64,000 bases of DNA. It comes from Mobula hypostoma (lineage: Eukaryota). This document shows positions 1 to 12,200 of the stretch, piece by piece. The translations under genes were made by a program, and so were the position numbers. The stretch is from the NCBI RefSeq assembly GCF_963921235.1, contig NC_086106.1, positions 23,622,001 through 23,686,000 on the forward strand. The letters run 5' to 3'. The notes under the pieces are model-generated. The model searched no databases. It was not told where the DNA came from and worked only from the letters and a program-made list of their open reading frames with translations. How positions within the stretch are numbered: the first letter of the stretch is position 1; each line of letters opens with the position of its first letter.

Positions 1-244
1 CTAGGTGACAAAAAACAGTGTGCGAACCCTCAGGAAAGGACGGTTATGTTGCAGCTAGCTAGCTACACTTCAAATGCTAGTTCACTGTTCTGTTTACCCT
101 CCAGGACGAATTCGGCATATTCTGTGTGGTGCATCTCTTACCAAGGTAGAGATATTTTCAGGTCATGATGCAGTTTAAACACAGTTCCTTTAATTATGAC
201 AATGTAAATTTAAATGCCATTATATTGTAAAACACATTTATAAC

Positions 245-1066
245 TGTCACCGAATCCTGATTTATCCCTTTAGACTATACCTTCAAAAGGAGAGAGAGGG
301 AGAGAGCTGTACAACGCAATCACCTTGTTATAAAGAGAAAAAGGCGAAGAATGCTCATATTTTATTTAGAAATGGTGTTATAGATTCTCTGCAGCGTGTT
401 TACACGTTTTCAAGGACACTGCCAGCTTCTGAGTTCCTACACAGAGAGAAGGGAGGAGCTAGTTGATGGACGGCTGGTGTTCAGCATGGTGAGGTAAAAA
501 GTAGGTCAGCTAGTAGACACACAGATACATGATATTGGACACTGGAGGAGATTTGTTCTGCCCACAGCATGGTCGTTTTTTGGAGGATATATCTGGATAA
601 TCGATCAGTGGCTCTCACAGTGGGGAAAAGGTGTGACGGGCGGGTAGTTATCCGTGTTTTCAACCCTCGCCTGGGTTGATAACATCACCAGAGAAAAACG
701 GTCCGCTTGTTGTGGTCACATTCGGTAACTGCTAAAGGACAGCGGGAAGATTGACGGCATCAGCTCACCTGAAGAACTAGACAGCCCTCTCCATCACTCC
801 ATGCAACGAACTGAACTGAACTTTACCCGTCACGTAAGACTGTATCTATTTACCCCTAGGCTTGAGGAAGCTTGTGTTTTTCTTTTTTTTTGTTTCTATT
901 TCCACACTTATATCTATCTAATTTTGCTTACCTGTTTGATTTTTTCTGATTTTATATTACTGTCTTGCCTAGTTACTAATAAACGTGTATTAGTTAATAG
1001 CAATACCAGACTCCAAGGGGATTTCCATTTCTGCTGGTACGTTATCCCGTCACGGGGTACATGGCA
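245..1066 (+). mobile_element. Probable solo LTR, related to the LTRs of the Gypsy element at 7953-19010
   Basis: Starts TGTCAC and ends TACATGGCA. 680-1066 aligns by eye with 8550-8938 (gaactgaactgaacttta...ctaataaa...cccgtcacgggtac). Flanks TAAC/AAAC could be a 4-bp TSD with one mismatch. The 5' boundary is less certain. Confidence 0.6.
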
Positions 1067-1731
1067 AAACTCACACTGAAATTTATCTGATGAAATGTTT
1101 CCAACTACAAAATATTTCGAAATCACAAAGAATTTCCAAAGTGCATTTGGGCTTCATGGGACTATTCCCTCTGATAAGTTGATGCTAACTCGGATCATAG
1201 CATAGAGATCCTGAGACGGGGATTTGTTTGTGGCAGATGCTTATCAGGGGCATCAGGTGGGCACACCCGTTTAAGTTGTATCATCCTGTTAGCCTACTGC
1301 AACCAGAGATCTCAGCACTGTGACCCGGCTTCCCACGTCTACCCTTCGTTCATTCACCCAGGTGCAATTCCTGAAACCATAAACCTGGAGTTGTAAATAA
1401 ATGGGACGCCGGTTACCGAAGTTGAAGGCAGTGGTATGTCTCCTATCGACCCTATCTTTCTGAAATGGTTTGTGTTGGCCCTTTACAATCCGGACAAATC
1501 TGATAGCTGTCATAAAAGTATACCGTTTTCTTTTGCCTCTAGCTGATACCACACGTATGTTTTTTTTTCTCTCTCTCTACTACCTTTGCTGGAAAATTCG
1601 CTGCATCGCCTAAAGGCTTTTAGTTCAGGAATTCTAGATACCCAAAATTCGGGCTATGCAGGCGTAAACTCTGAGTTCACAATTCTCCCCATTTTTGATT
1701 GATCAACTACTTCATGATCTACGTATATTAT

Positions 1732-1974
1732 AAGCAACACACATCAAAGTTGCTGGTGAACGCAGCTGGCCAGGCAGCATCTATAGGAAGAGGCGCAGTC
1801 GACGTTTCAGGCCGAGACCCTTCGTCAGGATAGCTAAATAAAAGTCTTGACGAAGGGTCTCGGCCTGAAACGTCGACTGCGCCTCTTCCTATAGATGCTG
1901 CCTGGCCTGCTGCGTTCACCAGCAACTTTCATGTGTGTTGCTTGAATTTCCAGCATCTGCAGAATTCCTGTTGT
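1732..1974. mobile_element. Penelope-derived mini hairpin element (99-bp inverted arms, 14-nt spacer, 31-nt 3' tail)
   Basis: 1732-1830 is the reverse complement of 1845-1943. The arms match the termini of the Penelope element at 51709-56828. A direct repeat tacgtatattataagc flanks it at 1720-1735 and 1976-1991. Confidence 0.9.
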
Positions 1975-4330
1975 TTACGTATATTATAAGCCTGGTCTGC
2001 AAGCTTCTTTGACCAAAATAATTATACCTGCCTTGTTCGATTCGATGCAGGCACAATAAAATTAACCCCATTTGTTTCATATTGCATCACTGGACAACGA
2101 GTCCCTTCTGTGATGTTAGCAGCCTGTGCTCTACACACACTGCTGCTTATCTGCAACGCTGTCCACCGAACCACGGGTATGGTTATAGTTTGCAATTTGC
2201 TTTAAGAACTAAAGACAGGTCTGTGCTTATGGGAAGAAGCTGAGAAAAAAAAAATGATTGGGAGTTTAACCTACCGAAAACAACACTTTCACCCACGAAG
2301 CGTTAGATGCTCTGTAAGAAAGCTGAATTTGGAAAAAGAAAATCAACGAAACAAAAAAAAAACATCTTTTCCGATATCTATTGAAGATGTGTTCGATGAG
2401 GAGGAGGCTGTGTGACGCAGACGGTAGCGTTTGCAACGTCCCGCGGCGTTGTCCGGTCCTATGCAGCTGCTTCTTCATAGCGGACGGTGATGCCGCCAGT
2501 TAGAAGGATCTCAACCGTACAGATATAAAACTTTGATGGAAAACTTGATAACATGCATTATTTAGTCAAGCTCCTCACGAAATATATTCACTGCTGTTCC
2601 TCCTACGAAATTGTATTCACCTGCTCGTCAAGGATAGATATGTTTATAGTCGAACTTTAAACTGCTCATTCTTCCCACTACTAACCCCTCAATTAGGTCT
2701 GGTACGTTTTTCTCCAGTCTTCCTCTACCTAATATCGAATTACTTTATTGGGCTTATTGACGTCGCTTGAAAATGCTCTGTATAGCACAACTCAAACAGA
2801 AACCTACCCACCAACTGAGATTATGCCAGCAGTAGTTCATTTATCGGGCAGACATTTCAGGGCAATCATGTTATATCCCATTGTTTATACAACTAATGCA
2901 CTTAATTGTATCAGGACTTATTTCATATTGCATTCAAAATAGCTCCTTCTATGAAATACATTATGAAATAGTTTATAACCTATAATTTATACTGTGGTTT
3001 ATTGATTCATTTTTTTCGAGAACATTGCAGGAGGTAAAGTTATAATGGCATTTCCTGCTGCTTATGTGGTAGCAGACTATGAGTGACTTGCTACCAAAGG
3101 GAATATTTATGTAGATGTTTACATAAGTCGCAGAATGCTATTGCACTACTTGTCATTAAAACACATTTAACAATGCAGAGCCTCATAAGTTCGATTTGTT
3201 ACTCAATAATGGTAATTTAGTCATGTGATTAGAGGCTGTGATTGTCAAGGATATTACCCAAAGATCAGATTTAACCCAACAGCCACTTTGTTCTTCCTGC
3301 GTAGAGATCAACGGAGAGGAAACCGAATCAGAGCTCAGTACGCATATCTTCGTGGATTTCCGTATATCTCATGAGTATATATTGATGCTGAATTACTGCG
3401 TTATCCCCAGAGTCCTAGAATTACTCACCCGGCGCTCAGGAATGCTGGAAAAAAAAGTTAAGACCAACGTTGTTTCATTTCTCAGTGTTTCTGTATGGTG
3501 AGAGCCAATTGAGAGACGTTTCATATATCGACGATGATACAAGCAGCTACTATCTTCAATTGTTCATTTCTGCTCTTCGGGTTCTGCAGCGTCCCCATTT
3601 CGGAATTAGCAGATGTATTATGTCGGTTTTAGTGGACGAAGTTAACTTTTATTTTTGGTCGGAATTTTCAAGAAATGTTGGGTGGTTTTGAGCTGCTGAC
3701 TACAATCGTTTGTACTTGGCTACTCAGTGCTTCCGTCTTTTTTAATGCTATGAGGTTCGGAGCCCTGCGCCCATCGCGTAGTGAGATGGTCTCCCTGTTA
3801 TCTGTATGAAAATACATTTAACGATCGACGAGAGTTATTGGTGTGATTCTGCTTCTGCAAAGTGTAGGGGCTCAACTGTTTTTTTTTTCCTGCGATGGGT
3901 TCTTTTGGAAGTCCGGTAAAACCGATGCACACGTTCCTAGAGTAATGTATTTACATTTATATAATAATTACATAGCCTTACAAAAATATAATTTGTATTA
4001 GTAAAAACTTTATATCTTACACAGGAATGTTAAAATAATATTTAGTCTTCATTATTAACATATTAAATAAATATAATATATATTTAAAATATTGACAATT
4101 TAAACCAAAAAAATCTTAATACCTTATCAGTGTGAAGGGTGCTCTTCCTAAGCATGAATTAATACACTAAACTAAGTGATGTTATTTGACAAAGCAGCAC
4201 AATGTTCAATACCTGATCGTTTTCAATTTATAATTTTTTTTTGGTCATAAATGTTGAACTTGTGATTTCGGAGGTGTATTGTTGAAAATGGCGATGTTCG
4301 TCCTCCTTAAGGGGCAATACAATTCTACAA

Positions 4331-6115
4331 CAGGTGAATTGATCATGGGGAGCAAGGACATGGTAGACCAATTGAATAATTACTTTGGTGCTGTCTTCAC
4401 AAAGGAGGACATAAATAATCTTCCAGAAATAGTAGGGGACAGAGGGTCCAGTGAGATGGAGGAACTGAGCGAAATACATTTTAGTAGGGAAGTGGTGTTA
4501 GGTAAATTGAAGGGATTGAAGGCAGATAAATCCCCAGGGCAAGATGGTCTATATCCTAGAGTGCTTAAGGAAGTAGCCCAAGAAATAGTGGATGCATTAG
4601 TGATAATTTTTCAAAACTCGTTAGATTCTGGGTTAGTTCCTGAGGATTGGAGGGTGGATAATGTAACCCCACTTTTTAAAAAAGGAGGGAGAGAGAAACC
4701 GGGGAATTATAGACCGGTTAGCCTAACGTCGGTGGTGGGGAAACTGCTGGAGTCAGTTATCAAAGATGTGATAACAGCACATTTGGAAAGCGGTGAAATC
4801 ATCGGACAAAGTCAGCATGGATTTGTGAAAGGAAAATCATGTTTGACGAATCTCATAGAATTTTTTGAGGATGTAACTAGTAGAGTGGATAGGGGAGAAC
4901 CCCTGGATGTGGTATATTTGGATTTTCAAAAGGCTTTTGACAAGGTCCCACACAGGAGTTTAGTGTACAAAACATAAAGCACACGGTATTGGGGGTAAGG
5001 TATTGATGTGGATGGAGAATTGCTTAGCAGACAGGAAGCAAAGATTGGGAATAAACGGGACTATTTCAGAATGACAGGCGGTGACTAGTGGGGTACCGCA
5101 AGGCTCAGTGCTGGGACCCCAGTTGTTTACAATATATGTTAATGACTTGGATGAGGGAATTAAATTTAGCATCTCCAAGTTTGCGGATGACACGAAGCTG
5201 GGTGGCAGTGTTAGCTGTGAGGAGGATGCTAAGAGGATGCAGGGTGACTTGGGTAGGTTGGGTGAGTGGGCAAATTCATGGCAGATGCAATTTAATGTGG
5301 ATAAATGTGAAGTTATCCACTTTGGTGGCAAAAATAGGAAAACAGATTATTATCTGAATGGTGGCCGATTAGGAAAAGGGGAGGTGCAACGAGACTTGGG
5401 GTGATTATACACCAGTCATTGAAAGTGGGCATGCAGTTAGAGCAGGCGGTGAAAAAGGCGAATGGTATGCTGGCATTTATAGCGAGAGGATTCGAGTACA
5501 GGAGCAGGGAGGTACTACTGCAGTTGTACAAGGTCTTGGTGAGACCACACCTGGAGTATTCTGTGCAGTTTTGGTCCCCTAATCTGAGGAAAGACATACT
5601 CGCCATAGAGGGTGTACAAAGATGGTTCACCAGATTGATTCCTGGGATCGCAGGACTTTCATATGAAGAAAGACTGGATGAACTGGGCTTGTACTCGTTG
5701 GAATTTAGAAGATTGAGGGGGGGATCTGATTGAAACGTATAAAATCCTAAAGGGATTGGACAGGCTCGACGCAGGAAGATTGTTCCCGATGTTGGGGTAG
5801 TCCAGAACAAGGGGTCACAGTCTGAGGATAAAGGGGAAGCCTTTTAGGACCGAGATTAGGAAAACTTCTTCACACAGAGAGTGGTGAATCTGTGGAATTC
5901 TCTGCCACAGGAAACAATTGAGGCCAGTTCATTGGCTATATTTAAGAGGGAGTTAGATATGGCCCTTGTGGCTACGGGGATCAGGGGGTATGGAGGGAAG
6001 GCTGGGGCGGGGTTCTGAGTTGGATGATCAGCCATGATCATAATAAATGGCGGTGCAGGCTCGAAGGGCGGAATGGCTTACTCCTGCCCCTATTTTCTAT
6101 GTTTCTATGTTTCTA
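4331..6115 (+). mobile_element. 5'-truncated CR1 LINE, RT-bearing ORF2 with stops and frameshifts
   Basis: ORF fragments LKADKSPGQDGLYPRVLKE, YRPVSLTS, YLDFQKAFDKVPH, GVPQGSVLGP, FADDTKL. Tail ctatgtttctatgtttcta. Possible TSD ttctacaa at 4323-4330 and 6111-6118. Confidence 0.95.
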
Positions 6116-6669
6116 CAAGGTATTATCAGATAAGCTCTAAGAATCTTAAGTGTTGTTGTCCTAATGCATATTTAGATATTCAACATCTTCGAAAGAGTTT
6201 GCATCATATTGTAAAGGACTGCAGATCCAAGTTCAACTGTAAAGGTAACAAGACAGAAATTGTTTATCAACAGCATCCATTTGGTTGACTTCAGGGCCTT
6301 GGTTAGAAGCTTCTGCGAGTTAAGATCACCCATTACTAAATTCCATAATTTCAAATTGTTCCAAGAGTGATTTTTATTTTTTTTTCCGTTCAGGTAATAA
6401 AGTGAATCTTCTGTCATTATTTCTAACAAGACTTTATGACGTTATATCGCAAGCCAGATAACGGTTGTGTAGTTGAGAAACACATCATATTCTGCACCTT
6501 TTTTTATTTTTGTATTTCATTCCAGTCTGTCTTGTTTGTCTATAAACCGCTTAGAATTTCCAATATTTGAAGGTTTTCTTGTTTCCGGAATACACTTACA
6601 AAATAAAAAATTCTTCTCTGAGAACATCATCCTGAGCATATCGAAATGAAAAGGATCTGACAACACAGA

Positions 6670-7375
6670 GCAACACACAACAAAATGCTGGAGGAACTCA
6701 GCAAGCCAGACAGGTTTTTTGGGCAAAAAAAAAAGTATAGTGGACGTTTCACTTCTAAACCCTTCGTCAGGAGAAACAAAGCAGACGAATAGATTTAAAT
6801 GCTGCGGTACGCGAGTGAGAATGACCAAGTGACATTAAAACGTGGCGGTGTTTCCATTCCGACCTCCATTCCTGGCCTCTTGCAATGTGGTGTTGAGGCC
6901 ACACTAAGGTTGGAGGAAAATTCGTTGCATTCTGTTTGAGTAGCCTCCAATCTGTTGGCAAGGTCATCGATTTCTCAAAGTTCCGTAATGCATCTATTGC
7001 ATTTCCTATCCTCTTTTCCCACTCTCACCTTATACTCCTTGACCGCTCATAACTTCCCTCTGTGGTCATCAACCACCCCACTCCCACATTTTCTTTCCTC
7101 CATGGTCTTCTGCCTCTTTCACCGATGAACTGCCAGGACATTACTGCATTCGACTCCATCCAGGGTTCACATATCACCTAGTGTTTCTCTCTGCCCTCTG
7201 CACCTCCAACCCTTTTCAATCTTATCATAATTTCTGCTTCTTTTTTTTTTTACTTCTTTTGTCCGACCGATGTGCTTCACATTGAGACGTCAACTGTACT
7301 TCTTTTTCCAATCGCTATATCTCTACAGCATTCTGTGTGTTGCTCGGATTTCCAGCATCTGCAGATTTTTCTGTA
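6670..7375. mobile_element. Old degenerate Penelope-derived element with inverted termini (block A copy 1)
   Basis: Left end caacacacaacaaaatgctggagg; right end cagcattctgtgtgttgctcggatttccagcatctgcaga. 6895-6985 resembles decayed coding sequence for the Penelope GIY-YIG C-terminus (TLRLEEQHLIFRLGSLQPDGMNIDFSNFR). Confidence 0.7.
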
Positions 7376-7952
7376 AGCTGACAACACTGAAAAATATCCG
7401 TAGTTACGTCCAATTGCATAGGTAACGGGAATTACGAGCTGCCAATGTCTGAATGACACCCCTGAAATGCGTTCAGACAAATCAACTATTCATTAAAGTA
7501 CCACACTATTTGCTTAGGGGAGTGTTTCCAGTTTCTTGTTTGTTTTTTTTTTTCCTGTTCCAGTTCACGCAACACGACAACTTCCACCGCAGATGGCTTT
7601 GCTGAATTCTCTCCACTGGGATCGGAATTATTTCCTTCGGGTAATCTAGTAAGTAGGCTTGAAAGGTTGATCAGTGAAAAGGGTTTTGTGAAATGGCAAA
7701 GCCGAGTTTTGAAAGTGTTGCAAATTTTTCGAATATACCTTGAATCACAGAAATAAAGCAGATCCGTAGATGCATTTTCAGTATGGACAGACGTGAGATT
7801 CTGTTTTACATTTGCTGTCTCCATTGTTGCATTCCAAATAATTGTTCTGCACAAAAAAAACGGCATTAGTGATCCGGAACGGCCTATAATGGAAGTGAAG
7901 CTATTTATGCCAGAGTTGTCATTTCAATGCCTTTAGCTCGATATTTCACCTT

Positions 7953-8938
7953 TGTGAGCGGATCCAGGAGTCTCCTATTAACTGTTTGGAGAGAAACGTT
8001 TATCATTGTTGGTTTGTTTGGAAAGGAGATAGATACAGAGTATTTACCACCGATATGCTGCTTTTGAAGAGAGAGAGAACGAAGTTCAACGGTTGGACTG
8101 TCACTTTAAGACATTGGAAGTAACTTTGGATTTCTACTGAGCTTTGAGTTGGAGACAGCACCGAGCAGCTCGAAAGTTCCTACGGTGACCGAAGGCAGTG
8201 TTATTTAATGGACACTCGATGTTATGATTTTCAGCAAATTATTGATGTTACTTTCAAGGACAGGTTGTCTGCTTGTGTATTTATTTGCAGACAAAGGAAG
8301 GAGGGACTCATTAAGTGACAGGGGATGCTCAGCTTGGTGAAATAGATAGGAAGTCAGATGATACAGACCTCAGGACACATGATCCGGACACTGGATGACC
8401 ATTGTTGTGCCCGTAGAGAAAATGGGTTTTTGGAAGATCGATCAGGCGGATCGATCCAAAATTGCTACTCCAACGGTAAAGATGGGGTTGTCTGGTGGGG
8501 AGTTGTCCATGTGTCCACCCTTGCCCGGGTGATACCTCCACCACAGCAAAACTGGTCCCCCTGTTTAAAGTCACAGTCGGAGACCTGTAAAGGATTTCGG
8601 AGGACGACGAGAAGATCGACGTCATCAGCTCACCTGAGGAGACAACTCCCTCACTCCCTCTCACTCTCCTGAATACCACGAACTGAACGGAACTGAATTT
8701 TATTCAACATCGTAAGAATGTATCCTTTTATCCCTAGAATTAAAGAAGCTTGGTTTTCACACATATATATTCCACACTTACTTTTATATGTAATCATTGC
8801 TAATCTGTTTGATTTATCTACATTTATATTACTGTATTGCGTAGTTACTAATAAATATTAGTAGTTTATAGCAATACTGGACTCCAAAGTGGTTTCTATT
8901 TCTGCTGGTTCTCTATTCCCGTCACAGGGTACGTGACA
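7953..8938 (+). repeat. 5' LTR of outer Gypsy element
   Basis: TG...CA ends, AATAAA near 8849, homologous to 17539-19010. The empty site is visible in the paralog at about 47070 (tatttcacctttaataatg). Confidence 0.85.
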
Positions 8939-9299
8939 AAATTAAGGCCTGCGTCCGCGATATGAGCAAATTGTTCGGGAGGCTGGTTTGAATTGATTTG
9001 GGGAAAATCCCTTTTGATTTGGTTGTGTGGAAAAATGGCAGAAATAGATGTTAGAGACTTTCTGAAATCCCCGGACCTGGTGACTTTGAAGTTTGCTAAA
9101 AAGTATGAGTTGCGGGACATTGCTAAAGGATTGAGAATTGAGGTACAGAAGGGTGTGAGTAAGGTAGAAATTCAAAGAAAAATTGTTGAATATTATATAG
9201 ATAAGGGAACATTTAATGAGGATGCGTTAGAGTTGTTCGTGGAAGGTACACTTACTGAGGATGAGCTTCAGCTTATGTTGGAAATTGTAAACAGGGCGC

Positions 9300-12200
9300 T
9301 GTTGCAAGGGCGTGGATGGGGACGAACCCATGTGCAGGACACAGATTCTGAGGCAGAATCGTTAGGTGTAGCACCTCCGCGAACGGAGAGCCGATATCCA
9401 GGAGACGCTGCGAAGCTTAGAACTAACTCAGGAATAGAAAACAAGGTTTACTCTCACCAGAGTCGGCCATGGAACTGCTGGCTTCTTGCTGTGGTCGAAG
9501 GGTTTTTATCCTGCCGTTTGATTGGAAGCAGGTGCGTGTAGTTAGTGGTACTTGGGAATGATTGGAATCTAAATGAGGTGATCGAAGCCCAAATCTTGAA
9601 GCAAATGGCACTGTGGGGGATTGCCAGACGGGACCATGAGAGAGTTCCCTCCTCAATGGGAGCCTCCAGGCGATCCTCCCGGTCTGTCCGGATGGTCCCG
9701 ATAAAAATCCTGGATGAGGGTAGGGTCTAGGATGAAGGAGCGGGGGACCCAGAACGCTCTTCTGGGCCGTACCCTTCCCAGTCTACAAGATATTGGAGAC
9801 CCCTGCCCCGACGGCGCACATCGAGTAGTCGTCGGATGGTGTATGCTGGATTATTGTAGATGATACGGGCAGGTGGGGAGTCTCGGCAGGGGAACACAGC
9901 GGGCTGCTGGAAACTGGCTTTAACTGAGACACATGAAAGGTTGGGTGGATGCACATGGATCTAGGCAGCTTTAGGCGGACCACTGTGGGATTGATTACCC
10001 TTTCAACCTTTAATTGTCCCAGGAAGCGAGGGACGAGTTTTCTATGTTAGTTCTTGAGCGGGATGTCCTTGGAGACCAGCCACACCATCTGCCCAGGTTG
10101 GTACTCCGGCGCCAGCATGCGATCTTGGTCGGCTGTCTTTTTATTTCGATTTGTTGATCTGAGTAGGGCCGTGCGCGTCTCCTCCCAAATCTTAAGGCAC
10201 CAATTAATATGGTCCTGAACCGGCGGTACAACAATCTCTTCTTTTTGCACGGGTAACAGCGGGGATTGGTACCCAAGGGAGCACTCGAACGGAGACCTCC
10301 CAATGGCAGAGCTCACCAGTGATTTGTGGGCGTACTCAACCCACGGAAGGTGGTTGCACTAGTTCGGTGGTTTGTCTGGGGGTGGAAGCCGGATGACAGG
10401 CTGACCGATGCGCCCAAGGCTTGGCAGAAACTCTTCCATACCTGCGATACAAACTGGGGACCTCGATCGGAGACGATGTCCGCGAGGATTCCGTGGAGGC
10501 GGAAGACGTGGCGGACGAGAGGATCTGCGGTTTCCTCAGAGGAAGGAGGTTTAGGGAGGGCCATAAAGTACACCGCCGCGGGAAGGGGGTAGACCGATGA
10601 CGAAGTCTAAGTCCATGTGCGACCAAGGGCGACCAGTGACAGGTAGAGGATGAAGTAGCCCCGCAGGTGGTCGATGAGGGATTTTTCCCACGGGACAGAT
10701 GGAAGAAGCTGAGACATAAGAAAGGGTGTCCATGGACAGCCACAAAAAGCACTTATTCAGGACAGCCAGGATCGGATCACTCCCGGACTGGCAGGCGAAC
10801 CGGGATGTGTGCCCCCATTGGAGAACGTGGGACCTGACGGAAGAGAACTGATACAGGCGATCGGCGGGTCCATTGCCCGGATCGGGGTCGTCCGGGTGGG
10901 CTTCCTTTACTTTAGCCTGGATCCCCCAAGTGAGGGTAGCAACCACGCAAGAATGTGGGAGGATAGTCTCGGGACTGCAGGTGTCATCCTTGGAGTCATG
11001 CTGGTGGGACAGCGCTTCCGGATCCCCCTTCTTGGATCCTGGACGGTACGTGACGGTGAACCTGAACCGGCCAAAGAATAATGCCCAACGGGCCTGTCGA
11101 CAATTCAGACGTTTGGCGGTCTGGATATATTCAAGGTTCTTATGGTCCGTCCACACGATGAACGGGTGTTCCGCCTCCTCCAACCAGTGTCTCCGTTCTT
11201 CCAACGACAGCTTGACCGCCAGTATCCCCCTGGTTCCCCACGTCGTAATCTTGTCAGCGGGAGACAGTCGGCGAGAGAAGGCGGCACAGGGATATAGTTT
11301 CTGATCCGGACCCGAACGTCGGTACAGTACCACTCCCACCGTGGAATTGGAGGCTTCAACCTCCACAATGACTTGACAGGAGTGGTCCGGTTGAATCAGA
11401 ACGGGAGCGGACGTCAAGCGCCTCTTTAGTTCCGCGAATGCCGAGTCCGGCTCGTCGTTCCAAAGGAAAGGTGTGGCAGCTGAGGTAAGTCGGGTCAGAG
11501 CAGAAGCCACCTGACTGCAGTTTCTGATGAACCGGCGATAGAAGTTCGCAGACCCCAGGAACCGTTGGAGTTGCTTGCGGTCCGTGGGTTTGGGCCACTC
11601 CGTCACCGCCCGGATCTTCTCGGGATCAGCTCTCACCTGTCTGCTCTCGATGATATAACCTAGGAAGCTGACGGAGGGGGACGTGGAATTCGCACTTCTC
11701 CTCCTCTACGAATAACTTATTATCCCACAGTCTCTGCAGGACTTGACGGACATGGAGACCGTGTTGCAGAGGACTGCTGGAAAAGATAGACAAACACAAA
11801 GCGGTTAATACAATCTCGTAGTACATTGTTAATCAAGGCTTGAAAGACTGCAGGGGCATTGATGAGGCCAAAAGGCATGGCCAAGTATTCGAAGTGGCCT
11901 CGTGGAGTATTGAATACCATTTCCAGTCGTCCCCCTCCCTTATTCGGACCAGGTGGTCGGCGTTTCGTAGGGCCAACTTAGAGAAGATAGTGGCTCCTTG
12001 AAGTGGTTCGAACGCAGAACTTATCAGAGGCAGTGGGTACCCGTTCTTTATGGTTATATGATTTAGGCCTCGGTAGTCGATGCAGGGACGTAGGGAACCA
12101 TCGTTCTCCCCAGAAGAAAGCTGCGCCCACCAGGGAGGATGAGGATCGGATGATGCCCGCCGGGAGAGATTCACTTACATAACCCTCCATTGCTTCCCTC

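Noticed and set aside
1140-1697. Possible minus-strand LTR starting TGTGAAC at 1681 after a purine-rich tract
   Set aside because: I could not find a second boundary, a TSD or a partner LTR, so it is too weak to report.
3238-3501. ORF starting with QRSDLTQQP, faintly like a V FR1
   Set aside because: No correctly spaced Cys/Trp/YYC in any frame I could read, and no RSS.
4960-5810. Long antisense ORFs over CR1 and Penelope copies (also 17695-17940, 25289-26241, 55798-56379)
   Set aside because: These are reverse-frame shadows of retroelement RT coding sequence and recur in every copy.
8941-8962. Possible tRNA-Pro primer binding site after the outer 5' LTR
   Set aside because: attaaggcctgcgtccgcgat is too degenerate relative to TGGGGGCTCGTCCGGGAT to assign a tRNA.
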